Shown here: piece by piece, positions 38,221 through 48,253 of the stretch
Numbering within the stretch: position 1 is the stretch's first letter
Layout: each line of letters begins with the position of its first letter
Source of the DNA: Bacteroidota bacterium
GTDB lineage: Bacteria; Bacteroidota; Bacteroidia; Chitinophagales; CAIODY01
Reading direction: 5' to 3'
Length of the DNA stretch: 64,000 nucleotides
Assembly (NCBI GenBank): GCA_046051225.1
Contig: JBJOOR010000006.1
Location: 64,161 to 128,160, forward strand
Program-made: the position numbers and the translations under genes
Notes under the pieces: model-generated
Databases searched by the model: none
Told to the model about the DNA's origin: nothing
The model's input: the letters and a program-made list of their open reading frames with translations, nothing else

Positions 38221-38560
38221 TTATTTCAAAAGAGAAGGACTAATCTCAAAACTTAAGTCCGAATTTCTAAAGTAGCGTTCCTATTTCAATATTTGAGTCC
38301 TAATCTGAAAATGTGAGCTTTAATTTTCAAACATGAGTTCAGATTTCCAAAGAAGGATTCTTGTTTCCAAAAGAAGTGTCTTTATTTCCAAAGAAGCATA
38401 CTAATCTGAAATTGTGAGTTCAGATTTTCAAATTAAGGCTCTTATTTCCGAAGAAGTTTCTAAGTTTCAAAATCTGAGCACTAATCTTAAAAAGTGAGTC
38501 TTAATTTTCAAACATGAGTTCAGATTTCCAGATTAGAGTTCTAATTCCCAAAAGTATGTC
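38221..38560 (-). repeat. about 17 x 19-21-bp degenerate tandem repeat at the head of cassette island 2
   Basis: Units such as ttatttccaaagaagcatac, taatctgaaaatgtgagcttt and taattttcaaacatgagttc. A ~60-bp higher-order period is visible: 38301-38360, 38402-38460 and 38482-38541 are alike. Confidence 0.85.
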
Positions 38561-38565
38561 GTTGG

Positions 38566-38637
38566 TTTTAAAAACCTGTCAGGTGTAATACAGAAACGCC
38601 CCGAAGTTCATGATGAATTTCGGGGCGGTTTGTTTTT
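38566..38637 (+). repeat. direct repeat DR-R bounding cassette island 2
   Basis: ttttaaaaacctgtcaggtgtaatacagaaacgccccgaagttcatgatgaatttcggggcggtttgtttttt. Carries only the 3' half of the gyrA hairpin plus the second hairpin and T run. Confidence 0.9.
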
Positions 38638-38660
38638 TCTTTTTTCAATTTTAAACCAAC

Positions 38661-39041
38661 TTATTTATTTGAATGCAAACCAATTGAATTTCCTTCGGTA
38701 TCAGTGATGAAAGCCATGAATCCGTTTTCACCAATTGAAGTTTTAGGCATCGTAATTTCGCCACCAGCTTTTTCTACTTTCTTTAAAACCTTATTCAAAT
38801 CGGGGTTGCAGTTTAAATAAATTTTCACACCCGATTTGCTGGGCTTGTGCATTTTGCTTTGGCATAAGCCGCCATTGGCTTTGCCTGTGGCTGGTGCCAT
38901 GGGGAAGAAAGCCATTTGCATACCCATCATTTCCATTTGGTCCATTTTAATGCTGAAAATAGATTCGTAAAATTTTTTTGCACGGGTAATGTCTTTTACT
39001 GAAATCTCAAACCAGTTGATTGAATTTTCTGCTGCTGTCAT
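38661..39041 (-). CDS. VOC (glyoxalase/bleomycin-resistance fold) family protein
   Basis: 126 aa. INWFEISVKDITRAKKFYESIF and ...GFMAFITDTEGNSIGLH are typical VOC beta-alpha-beta-beta-beta modules. Confidence 0.85.
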   Translation of the reverse strand: MTAAENSINWFEISVKDITRAKKFYESIFSIKMDQMEMMGMQMAFFPMAPATGKANGGLCQSKMHKPSKSGVKIYLNCNPDLNKVLKKVEKAGGEITMPKTSIGENGFMAFITDTEGNSIGLHSNK

Positions 39042-39169
39042 GATGTAATGATTTTATTGTTTTAGAAATGCGATTTTGTGAATGCTAAAATAAAGCGTTT
39101 CATTTTAAGCAAAGGTTAAATGTTGGTATAGTCTGTTGCTATTAAAAATTTAATTCAAAGTTCTCTCAT

Positions 39170-41419
39170 TTACTCTTTCACAAATTTCAATACTTGCCCT
39201 GTTTGCAAATTGCGAATAAAATAAATTCCTGCGCTTTGATTAATCATATTGATAGAATAACCTTTCGCAGTTTTTTCAAAATGCGCCTTTACATTTTTTC
39301 CCAATAAATCTGTGATTTGTAAAGATGGATAATTATCTGTCTCCATGACTATTTCGCAAGCTGTGCAAGGGTTTGGAACAATCAACATTTTATTGCCTGA
39401 TGAATTCATGGCATCAATTCCAGTGTTACAATTTATCACATTGATGGTAATGGAATCATAACTATTACAAGCATTTTTTGTGCCTTGCACGTAATATTTC
39501 ATTGTATCCGTTGGCATTATAAAAACGGTTGAATTTGTTCCCAATGAGGTGGGCAACCAATGATAGGTGGTTGCACCTGTTACCATCAAAGTATCTGTAT
39601 CGCCCAAGCATAAAGGGTTTTGAGTTGCACTAATTTGAAGAACTGGCAAACTGGTGATGTTTAATTTTAAAATTATCAAACTATCGCAGCCATGTTGCGT
39701 TTGCAAAGTATCCTTGTAAGTGCCTGCCAGATAAAGGTTTTGCCCGTTGAACGAATAATAATTTCCAGCGCAAATTGTTTTGTTCAGCGTAGTGATTTTA
39801 CTTTTATTAATCGTTGCCGTGAGTGTGATAACGCTATCGCAGCCTGCGCTATTTTGCATTTGAAAAGTATAAACGCCTGACGATTTAATGGTTGAACCCA
39901 TAAAAATTATTGAATCACAAGCCATCATATTTTTGCTTTCATAGGTTGAATTACAAGGCGAATATTTTACAACAAATCCATTTCCACTTCCCCAAAAGCC
40001 AAGCCCAGTAAGCGTATCATAACCACCATTGACATTCAAATTGATTTTGGTTAAATAATTTCCACCTACATAAATATTGTTGTTAGCTGTATAAATACTG
40101 CTTGCGCTGCAATAACCCACTCCCAAAGCCGCTTTGGCAAGAATAAATTTTCCGCTTGTATCCCATTTAGAAATGAATAACCCATTGGACGCATTGGTCG
40201 GTGCATTTAAAATAAAGGAAGATGTATCAGGATTAAAATCAGCCCAAGTGCTGAATGCGCCACTCATCATTAAGTTACCTTTATCTAAATAAATGCTTTG
40301 GCATGCTGTGTTTGAGGAAGTTGAAAAACCCATCTTATTTTTTTTTGCACCCATATCTTTTGCCCAAATAAAATTGCCAGCTGAATCTAATTTCAAAATA
40401 TAAGCGTTGCTGCATGAAGTGCTGTTGGGCACTAACACACTTAAATTAAACACATTAGCACCTGGGTCGAAATCAGCTGTATCATAATAAACACCAGCAG
40501 TGTAGCTATTTCCAAGTTGGTCAACGGTGATTAAAGGATGTGTATCAAAATAACACGTTTCGATTTGTTTGAGCCAATGCATTGTTTTTCCTGAATCTAA
40601 TTTGCAGATGTAAGTATTTAAAATATTGTTGCCATCGGTTAAATTTCCTGTTGCATAAATATTTGTAGATTCAACAGAAAGGCTCACTCCATAATCATCA
40701 TAAACACTGCCTAATTGCTTTACCCATTTAAAATTGCCATTCAAATCAAACTTAGAAATGTAAGCATCTTGATGATTGCCAAACGGATAAATAGAAGTTA
40801 AAGAATCGTAGGTAGCACCTGGGTCAAAATCGCCAACGCCAGCAAAACTGCCTGTTACATACAAATTGCCCAATTTATCTAAAGCAATATCGTTGATGGA
40901 AGTGAGTTGCGAAGCACCAAATCCTTTTGCCCATTTAAAATTTCCAGCCGAATCTAATTTTAAAATAAATGCGTTAGTTGTTTTGCTCCAACTGTATAAA
41001 TTATACACCGCTGCGCTTGGGTCAAAATCAATGGTACTCACATAAGTGCCAATGATGTAGCAATTCATCGAATCATCAAACACAATTTTTTTTGCCATGT
41101 CATACGAATTACTTCCAAATGGCAATGCCCAGCGAAAATGCCCGTTGGAATCTAACTTTGAAATAAAAATATCTTCGGTAGATTGTGTTTTATAAATGAT
41201 AGAAGTAAGATTATAAGTGCCTGCACCTGGGTCGAAATCAGTTGTGCCATCAAAAAAGCCAACAGAATAAACGTTTTTGTTTTTATCAACCGCTGTGCAA
41301 GCTACATTGGCAGTGTTGCCGCCTTTTAAAGCGGCTGTCCAATTCACTTTAAAAGATTGTGCTGAAGCAAAAAAAACAGTGCTGAAAAAAAATAAAACAG
41401 TAACCAGTTTTTTATTCAT
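39170..41419 (-). CDS. SBBP/beta-propeller repeat protein with T9SS C-terminal sorting domain
   Basis: Repeated ...LDSxGNFxWAK...DFDPG... units (SBBP-like). C-terminal LIVPNP...GIYFIRNLQTGQVLKFVKE CTD. Confidence 0.75.
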   Translation of the reverse strand: MNKKLVTVLFFFSTVFFASAQSFKVNWTAALKGGNTANVACTAVDKNKNVYSVGFFDGTTDFDPGAGTYNLTSIIYKTQSTEDIFISKLDSNGHFRWALPFGSNSYDMAKKIVFDDSMNCYIIGTYVSTIDFDPSAAVYNLYSWSKTTNAFILKLDSAGNFKWAKGFGASQLTSINDIALDKLGNLYVTGSFAGVGDFDPGATYDSLTSIYPFGNHQDAYISKFDLNGNFKWVKQLGSVYDDYGVSLSVESTNIYATGNLTDGNNILNTYICKLDSGKTMHWLKQIETCYFDTHPLITVDQLGNSYTAGVYYDTADFDPGANVFNLSVLVPNSTSCSNAYILKLDSAGNFIWAKDMGAKKNKMGFSTSSNTACQSIYLDKGNLMMSGAFSTWADFNPDTSSFILNAPTNASNGLFISKWDTSGKFILAKAALGVGYCSASSIYTANNNIYVGGNYLTKINLNVNGGYDTLTGLGFWGSGNGFVVKYSPCNSTYESKNMMACDSIIFMGSTIKSSGVYTFQMQNSAGCDSVITLTATINKSKITTLNKTICAGNYYSFNGQNLYLAGTYKDTLQTQHGCDSLIILKLNITSLPVLQISATQNPLCLGDTDTLMVTGATTYHWLPTSLGTNSTVFIMPTDTMKYYVQGTKNACNSYDSITINVINCNTGIDAMNSSGNKMLIVPNPCTACEIVMETDNYPSLQITDLLGKNVKAHFEKTAKGYSINMINQSAGIYFIRNLQTGQVLKFVKE

Positions 41420-41515
41420 CGTAAATTATTTAAGAGCAACAAAAGTAAATACTTTTTTAGCTGCATCAAGATGTCTTTTTACAAGAATCAATCTTTTTTC
41501 AAAATAGCAAATAAA

Positions 41516-43417
41516 TTAATAAGCTCGTTCGTTTTTGCCTTCCATATAATTTATAAAAGCTCGGTTCACAACTTTGTTGCCACCTGGTGTTGGAAAATTG
41601 CCAGTAAAATACCAATCGCCTAAATGATTGGGGCAAGCTCTATGCAAGTCTTCAATTTTCTGAAATATTATTTTCACTTCGGCTTTGCAATCAGCTGGCT
41701 TTACTAAATGGGCGATTTTATCGGCTATTTGTTCGGCTGTAAAACTTTTATATAAAGCTTTTACTTCATTCTTCACTTGTTCTTTTGGTAAGTTTTCTTG
41801 TGCTTTGCATTTTTTATAAACTTCATCTAATAAATGTGTTTGATTAGTTTCGGCCAATAAAGTAAGCATGGCTCTAAAAGCAATAAAATCGCCCATTTTG
41901 CTCATATCAATGCCATAACAATCGGGGTAACGAATTTGCGGAGCAGATGAAACAATTACAATTTTTTTAGGATTTAATCTATCCAACATTCTGATGATAC
42001 TTTCTTTCAAAGTAGTACCTCTTACAATTGAATCGTCAATAATTACAATGGTATCTTTATGCTCTACTACGCTACCATAAGTAATATCGTAAACATGCTG
42101 CACCATCTCATTTCGGGCTGTATCCTGCGTAATAAATGTTCGTAGTTTAGCATCCTTAATAGCTATCTTTTCAACTCTTGGGCGCATACTTAATAAATCA
42201 TTCAATTTATTTTCATCCAATTGATAAGCATGCTTTTTTATATGTTCACGTTTCCATTGATTAATATAATCTTCAACACCTTTTATTAAACCATAAAAAG
42301 ATACTTCGGCGGTATTTGGAATATAACTAAATACAGTATTTTTAAAATCGAAATCAACTTCTTTTAAAACTGTTTCGGTAATATAATTACCCAATAATTT
42401 TCTTTCGGCATAAATATCTAAATCGCTTCCTCGGCTAAAATAAATACGCTCGAAACTACAACTGCTGCGCTGTGTAGGTTGTGCAAATTGTTTTTCTTCC
42501 ACCACACCATTGCGTTTTAAAATCAAAGCACTGCCAGGTGTTATTTCTTTAATGGCAGCAGCATTTACATTAAACACCGTTTGAATAGCTGGGCGTTCGC
42601 TAGCTACTACACATACTTCATCATCTAAATAATAAAATGCCGGACGTATGCCTGCTGGGTCTCTCATTACAAAGGCATCGCCATGCCCAAGCATACCCAT
42701 TAATGAATAACCACCATCAAATAATTCGGCTGATTGAGAAAGGATTTTTTGTATATCAATTTGCTCGGCTATTTCATTTACAATCTCTTTACTATTTACT
42801 CCTTTGCTTACCAACTCTTCATATATTCTATCATTTTCTTCTTCTAAAAAATGACCAATCGTTTCTAACACAGCCGTTGTGTCAAATCTATCTTTATAAT
42901 AATTGCTTTGTTTTTCTAAAAATTGAAATACTTCATCGGTATTGGTTAAATTAAAATTGCCTGCGGTGATAATATTTTTTGATAACCAACTATTGTGTTT
43001 CATAAATGGATGACAACGGTCAACGCCATTGCCACCATGTGTTCCATATCTTAAATGACCTATTAAAACTTCGCCCAAAAAACTAACATGATTTTTTAAC
43101 CATTCGCAATCGGTGGCTAAATCGGGGTTTGTTTTTTCTATTTTAGCAAAATCAGTATGTATGCGTTCAAACAATTCGGTGATGGCTTGTTTGCTATTAC
43201 TTTTTGCTATATTATAAAATGGCTGACCGCTTCGCAAATTTAATTTTACCGATGCTATACCTGCACCATCTTGGCCACGATTGTGTTGTTTTTCCATCAG
43301 CAAATACAGCTTGTTTAAGCCATACAACGGTGTGCCGTATTTTTTTTGATAGAATGATAATGGCTTTAAAAGGCGAATCATCGCAATGCCACATTCGTGT
43401 TTTATAGGATCGCTCAC
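41516..43417 (-). CDS. purF: amidophosphoribosyltransferase (long Bacteroidetes form)
   Basis: N-terminal ...HECGIA (Ntn Cys), GQDGAGIA, and PRTase motif VIIDDSIVRGTT. Confidence 0.93.
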   Translation of the reverse strand: MSDPIKHECGIAMIRLLKPLSFYQKKYGTPLYGLNKLYLLMEKQHNRGQDGAGIASVKLNLRSGQPFYNIAKSNSKQAITELFERIHTDFAKIEKTNPDLATDCEWLKNHVSFLGEVLIGHLRYGTHGGNGVDRCHPFMKHNSWLSKNIITAGNFNLTNTDEVFQFLEKQSNYYKDRFDTTAVLETIGHFLEEENDRIYEELVSKGVNSKEIVNEIAEQIDIQKILSQSAELFDGGYSLMGMLGHGDAFVMRDPAGIRPAFYYLDDEVCVVASERPAIQTVFNVNAAAIKEITPGSALILKRNGVVEEKQFAQPTQRSSCSFERIYFSRGSDLDIYAERKLLGNYITETVLKEVDFDFKNTVFSYIPNTAEVSFYGLIKGVEDYINQWKREHIKKHAYQLDENKLNDLLSMRPRVEKIAIKDAKLRTFITQDTARNEMVQHVYDITYGSVVEHKDTIVIIDDSIVRGTTLKESIIRMLDRLNPKKIVIVSSAPQIRYPDCYGIDMSKMGDFIAFRAMLTLLAETNQTHLLDEVYKKCKAQENLPKEQVKNEVKALYKSFTAEQIADKIAHLVKPADCKAEVKIIFQKIEDLHRACPNHLGDWYFTGNFPTPGGNKVVNRAFINYMEGKNERAY

Positions 43418-43540
43418 AGTAAGATTTGGTTGAAATGAAGCGCAAAGATATTGATTGAAATGAAACTATTAGCCAATCAATTGCAAATGAAATAACAATA
43501 TATCAACAGTTTAGATTGAATAATAGGGAACAGGTGTATA

Positions 43541-43570
43541 AAAAAAGCCTCTATTAAATCTAATAGAGGC
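43541..43570 (-). terminator. rho-independent terminator after the DUF4197 gene
   Basis: gcctctatta-aatc-taatagaggc, with a T run on the minus strand. Confidence 0.7.
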
Positions 43571-43597
43571 TTGTGGCAAGGTATTGATTATGTTTTA

Positions 43598-44344
43598 TTA
43601 TTTAACACTACCAAATACTTTTTGCAATAATGCTGTTACTCTTGCAGCAGGATTGGTACGAATATTTGTTTCTTCTTCGGCTATTTTTAAAAACAAACCA
43701 TCAATGGCTTTGCTTGTTACGTAGCCTGTAAGGTCGGTATTAATGGGTGTTACCAATGGTATTTGATTATAAGCACTCATGGCATCGCCCCAATATTTTG
43801 TGGCATCGGTGCTTTTTAATGAATTTTCGATTACTGGACGAAATGCTGTAGTTAATTGTGCAGTACAAGTACGTTTTAAATAATCGGTAGCACCTGTGCC
43901 ACCACCTTTTAAAATACCCATTGCATCCGAAAAACTCATTTGCCTAATTGCATTAGAAAAAATAGGAGCAGCTTGCCCAGCAGCATTTTCGGCTCCACGA
44001 TTAATAGCTAATATGGCTTTATCGCATAAATCATTTAAGCCAATGGCTCTTAATTTTGTTTCTACATTTTTAGCTTCGGGTGGTATTAATATTTTAATAG
44101 CTGCATCTTTAAAAAAGCCATCTAAGGCTGTAAGCTTGCTTGAGCCACTTGATGTGCCACGGTTTAAAGCTTCTTTTAAGCCTGCTACTACTTGGTCATT
44201 GGTAATGCCACCGCTGCCGCTTGCTGCATTCATTTCGTTGGCTACATTATCAATAGCTTTAAATACATCTTGCGATTGAATACTACCATCGCAACCTGCT
44301 AATGCTACACAAGTAGCTAATAATAGTGGTTTAATTAATTTCAT
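43598..44344 (-). CDS. DUF4197-like lipoprotein
   Basis: Lipobox LAGC. VVAGLKEALNRGT... pattern as recalled for DUF4197. Confidence 0.65.
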   Translation of the reverse strand: MKLIKPLLLATCVALAGCDGSIQSQDVFKAIDNVANEMNAASGSGGITNDQVVAGLKEALNRGTSSGSSKLTALDGFFKDAAIKILIPPEAKNVETKLRAIGLNDLCDKAILAINRGAENAAGQAAPIFSNAIRQMSFSDAMGILKGGGTGATDYLKRTCTAQLTTAFRPVIENSLKSTDATKYWGDAMSAYNQIPLVTPINTDLTGYVTSKAIDGLFLKIAEEETNIRTNPAARVTALLQKVFGSVK

Positions 44345-44347
44345 TTG

Positions 44348-45340
44348 TTAGTTGTTTATGGATTGAAAAATATGATTTGTATTAATGTTTAATTTTAAAA
44401 TAGTTTTGTTCGAACCTATTAAAAGTAAAGCTTCTTTATTTACAGAAATGATGCCATACAAATTAAAATGGGTGGGGCATTGTATTTCTTTTTGTAAACT
44501 ATTATTGGTACTAATGATAGAAATTTTACCACTACACGAACTTCCAATTTTTAAATTCTGAAACGATGTAATATCCCAAATCAATGAAGTAAAATTATGT
44601 GCAATGTTGGTACTGCAATCTATTGTTTTGCCCGATGTATAAATATGAAAATCATTAGCACCTACTAGCATTTTTAATTCAGCATTGTATTCGTGCGCTA
44701 GCATTTTATAGGTTTTGCTTTTTGCTATAATTTTGTTGCTATTCGTATTAAATGTAAGAAGTCTTGAGCCCAATAAATTATATTTTAATGCTACTAAATT
44801 ATTGTCAGCGGTATCTACATCCCATATCATACTGCCAATTGATGAATATATTTTTTTCCAAGTTAATCCGCCATCAATTGTTTTTAAAATAAAGCCGCTT
44901 GGCATTGCTTTTTTTGATAAGGCTATTTTCGAATTACCGCCACATACAAATGCTATTTTATCATTAATGGTTGTAAAATTATATAACACTTTGCTCTTGA
45001 AACCCTTTAGGTGTTGCACTTGCCATTTGTTTTCATTTTTGTAATAATGATAAATAGTGCCCTTATCGGCACATAAAATAATATGATTATCGGATAGTTT
45101 ACCAATTTTTAAAATATTTACCCCTTCATTGGGATAGGGGATATAATGTTTTTCAAAATCTGAATTAATTTCCATTAATATTCCTTTTTCGCCAGCTACC
45201 CAATAGGTGTTTGCCGATATTTGCTTAATATCATAAAATGATGAATCGTTGGCTATTGCAGAGCTGGTAATGCTAGTAAACTCTTGCGCAAAGATTACTG
45301 TAGGAAAAATAAACGCTATAAATAGGTATAAATATTTCAT
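44348..45340 (-). CDS. hypothetical secreted beta-propeller-like protein
   Basis: Signal peptide. One BNR/Ycf48-like motif (TIDGGLTWKKIY). Repetitive beta-rich sequence. Confidence 0.45.
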   Translation of the reverse strand: MKYLYLFIAFIFPTVIFAQEFTSITSSAIANDSSFYDIKQISANTYWVAGEKGILMEINSDFEKHYIPYPNEGVNILKIGKLSDNHIILCADKGTIYHYYKNENKWQVQHLKGFKSKVLYNFTTINDKIAFVCGGNSKIALSKKAMPSGFILKTIDGGLTWKKIYSSIGSMIWDVDTADNNLVALKYNLLGSRLLTFNTNSNKIIAKSKTYKMLAHEYNAELKMLVGANDFHIYTSGKTIDCSTNIAHNFTSLIWDITSFQNLKIGSSCSGKISIISTNNSLQKEIQCPTHFNLYGIISVNKEALLLIGSNKTILKLNINTNHIFQSINN

Positions 45341-45664
45341 TGAAAAAGACCACGAAAGTAGTATTTAATTTTGAAAATTAAATACAGAAAAATGGCATTA
45401 AAAGTTGGATGAGTTAATACTTTATTTTAGTTAGTATTGGCATTTATCTAAATTGTTGATGTTTACTAGTAGTTTTCATTTCAATAGCTATTTTTTTATT
45501 GCTAATAATTCACTTCAACAATAATTTTATCATCAAATAAAATAAGTTAAATGGATATATAATCGTTATCAACTTTTGCCATGTAAATAAACTTTACCTT
45601 AAATTTATATTTCAATGCAAATACTTTACGTTATTTGCAAATCAAAATTTTAACTTAATTTAAT

Positions 45665-46396
45665 ATGAATCCAATAGAACAATTCAATAAAGAAAGAACC
45701 GAAGATATAGCAGCAATGGGGCAAGATGCAGAGCTAAGAAAAAAATCATTAGAATGGATGCTACATGCCGATAAATATAAATATACTTATAATTTTAGTT
45801 GGATGGGTCGCCCAATTATTAAATATCCAAGCGATATTATAATTATGCAAGAATTGATATGGAAACTGCAACCTGATGTAATTATTGAAACAGGAATAGC
45901 GCATGGCGGTTCAATTATATTTTCAGCATCTATGCTCGAATTAATTGGAAAAGGCGAAGTGGTAGCCGTAGATATTGATATTAGAAAACACAATAAGGAT
46001 GAAATAGAAAAACATCCTATGATGAAACGCATAACCATGTACGAAGGAAGTAGTACAGACGAATCAATTGTAGAAAAAATAAGAAAACATACCGAAGGCA
46101 AAAAAACAGTATTAGTAGCCCTAGATTCTAATCATACACACGAGCATGTATTAAGAGAGCTGCAAATGTATGCCCCCATGGTTACCGTAGGCAGTTATAT
46201 ATTATGCCCCGATACATTTGTCGAATTTTTTCCAAAAGGATATGTACAAGATAGACCATGGGATGTAGGCAATAACCCAATGACAGCCGTTTGGGAATTT
46301 TTAAAACAAAATAAAGATTTTATCATTGATAAAGATATTGATAATAAACTAATGGTTACCGAAGGCATGGATGGATATTTAAAACGTATTAAATAA
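45665..46396 (+). CDS. CmcI/cephalosporin-hydroxylase-family methyltransferase
   Basis: WMGRPIIKYPSDIIIMQELIWKLQPDVIIETGIAHGGS is the CmcI family core. Confidence 0.8.
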   Translation: MNPIEQFNKERTEDIAAMGQDAELRKKSLEWMLHADKYKYTYNFSWMGRPIIKYPSDIIIMQELIWKLQPDVIIETGIAHGGSIIFSASMLELIGKGEVVAVDIDIRKHNKDEIEKHPMMKRITMYEGSSTDESIVEKIRKHTEGKKTVLVALDSNHTHEHVLRELQMYAPMVTVGSYILCPDTFVEFFPKGYVQDRPWDVGNNPMTAVWEFLKQNKDFIIDKDIDNKLMVTEGMDGYLKRIK

Positions 46397-46404
46397 CCTT
46401 AAAC

Positions 46405-47775
46405 TTGTCAATATCCAACAATAAAATTTCATTAAACACCGCCACATTTTTGGTAATCGCCAACATGATAGGTACAGGAGTGTTTACCAGTTTATTCTTT
46501 CAAGTTGGCGCTATACATAGTGGTTTTGCATTATTAATGTTATGGCTATTTGGTGGGCTAGCCGCATTATGTGGCTCATTAGTATATAGCGAATTGGCAA
46601 CCCTTTTTCCACGAAGTGGCGGCGAATATAATTTACTTACCGAAATTTATCATCCAGCAGTAGGTTTTGTAAGCGGATGGATTTCAATTACAGTAGGCTT
46701 TGCAGCCCCAGTAGCTGTAAACTCAATGATTTTAGGCGAATATGTTCATGGCGTATTTCCCAATATTAATCCATTAAAAATAGGAATTGCGGTAGTAATT
46801 ATTATCTCTATCATTCATTCCATTAGTGTAAAATTTGGAAGTCAATTTCAAAACATATTCACTATTTTAAAATTAGTATTAATAGTAATTTTAATAGCAT
46901 TTGGATTTATATTAGGTAATCATCAAAACTATCCAATAGCCCCCAATAAAGATGCATTAAAAGATATGTTGAGTATGCCTTATGCTATTTCATTAATTTT
47001 TGTTTCCTATGCATTTTCGGGTTGGAATGCAGCAGCCTATTTTGCAAGCGAAATAAAAAACCCTAAAAAAAATATTCCAAAAGCAATGGTTTTTGGAACA
47101 TTGATAGTTACAGTGTTATACTTTTTGCTCAACTATACTTTTCTTCAAAACATTCCTTTTTCAGAAATTGGTAAACCCGAAAATGCAGATACAGGCTTAA
47201 TAGCCGCCATTCATATTTTTGGCGAAAAACTCGGCAAAACCTATGGAATGTTTTTTAGTTTAGCATTAGTAGCCTCTATTAGTTCAATGATTTTTGCTGG
47301 GCCCAGAGTTACACAAGTAATGGGAGAGGATTATAAATTTTTCTCGTTTGCAGCCATCAAAAACTCGGCAGGTGCACCCTATGTAGCCACATTAGTGCAA
47401 ATGACAATTTCGCTTTTATTAATGCTTACATCATCTTACAGCGATATTTTTACATTTATTGGCTTTACCTTAAGTTTAATTACCTTACTAACCGTAATTG
47501 GAATTTTTGTAGTTAGATTTAAAAATAAAACAGTTACAGATAATTATAGAGTTTGGGGTTATCCAATTGTGCCTATTATATTTATCATATTATCGCTTTG
47601 GATGATTTATTTTACTATTGTAGGCAATACAAAAATTAGTTTAATAGGCTTTGCAACAGCGTTATCGGGTTTAGTATTTTATTATTTTTCGCCCAAAAAA
47701 TTTAATAAAAAAAATGATAATGAAGTAAATCCCAACAACTTAAAGCGCTTTAACGATACCAACGATTATCAATAA
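46405..47775 (+). CDS. APC-family amino acid permease
   Basis: VIANMIGTGVF and the ...YSELATLFPRSGGEY motif, with about 12 TM helices. TTG start as in the track. Confidence 0.85.
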   Translation: MSISNNKISLNTATFLVIANMIGTGVFTSLFFQVGAIHSGFALLMLWLFGGLAALCGSLVYSELATLFPRSGGEYNLLTEIYHPAVGFVSGWISITVGFAAPVAVNSMILGEYVHGVFPNINPLKIGIAVVIIISIIHSISVKFGSQFQNIFTILKLVLIVILIAFGFILGNHQNYPIAPNKDALKDMLSMPYAISLIFVSYAFSGWNAAAYFASEIKNPKKNIPKAMVFGTLIVTVLYFLLNYTFLQNIPFSEIGKPENADTGLIAAIHIFGEKLGKTYGMFFSLALVASISSMIFAGPRVTQVMGEDYKFFSFAAIKNSAGAPYVATLVQMTISLLLMLTSSYSDIFTFIGFTLSLITLLTVIGIFVVRFKNKTVTDNYRVWGYPIVPIIFIILSLWMIYFTIVGNTKISLIGFATALSGLVFYYFSPKKFNKKNDNEVNPNNLKRFNDTNDYQ

Positions 47776-47802
47776 TTTTTTAACAACAAAATTCTTATTC
47801 AA

Positions 47803-48180
47803 ATGAATACTAAAATTTTTATTTCATCTGTGTTATTGATAGCAATTTCTGCTACCATTATTTCATGCGACCCTAATGAAAAGCAATTGGCTAAAGAAAA
47901 AGCAAGAACTCAAGCAACTATAAAAACCGAAACCGAATCATTGCAAAATGAAGTGCTTGCGCTTAAAAATGAATTAAAAACAGTTCAATTAAAATCTGAT
48001 TTGGCAATAGCACAATCGAAATTAGAAGCTATTGAAAAACCAAAAGAATTTAAAACACAAAGCGAACAACAAATTGAAATAACTGAATTAACAAGCAAAA
48101 TTGAAAGTATTCAAAACGAAATTAGTGCTATTCAATCAGCCGTTCCTGCTATGAATACTGATACCACTGCCACTAAATAA
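47803..48180 (+). CDS. hypothetical coiled-coil lipoprotein
   Basis: Signal peptide with lipobox (TIISC). The remainder is heptad-rich. Confidence 0.55.
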   Translation: MNTKIFISSVLLIAISATIISCDPNEKQLAKEKARTQATIKTETESLQNEVLALKNELKTVQLKSDLAIAQSKLEAIEKPKEFKTQSEQQIEITELTSKIESIQNEISAIQSAVPAMNTDTTATK

Positions 48181-48253
48181 ATTAGATATTATTTTTAATA
48201 AATAGCTGTTGTATTAATTAAACCAATACCTTCGCCGAAATTTTTTTACTAGT

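Larger units (their letters stand above)
35442..38565 (-). mobile_element. inserted cassette island 2 (three minus-strand cassettes plus 20-bp tandem-repeat head), with no recombinase gene
   Basis: Bracketed by ~71-bp direct repeats of the gyrA terminator region. Its internal architecture mirrors array 1. Confidence 0.6.

Noticed and set aside
38221-38560. Sequence homology between the 21-bp unit at 12.1 kb and the ~20-bp units at 38.2 kb.
   Set aside because: Attempts to align the consensus sequences in either orientation gave only short AT-rich matches (ctt, tgag, tta). I claim shared architecture, not shared sequence.
45341-45664. A 324-bp very AT-rich intergenic region between divergent genes, considered as a possible ncRNA or mobile remnant.
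   Set aside because: No repeats, hairpins or conserved boxes stood out. It is most simply a divergent promoter region.
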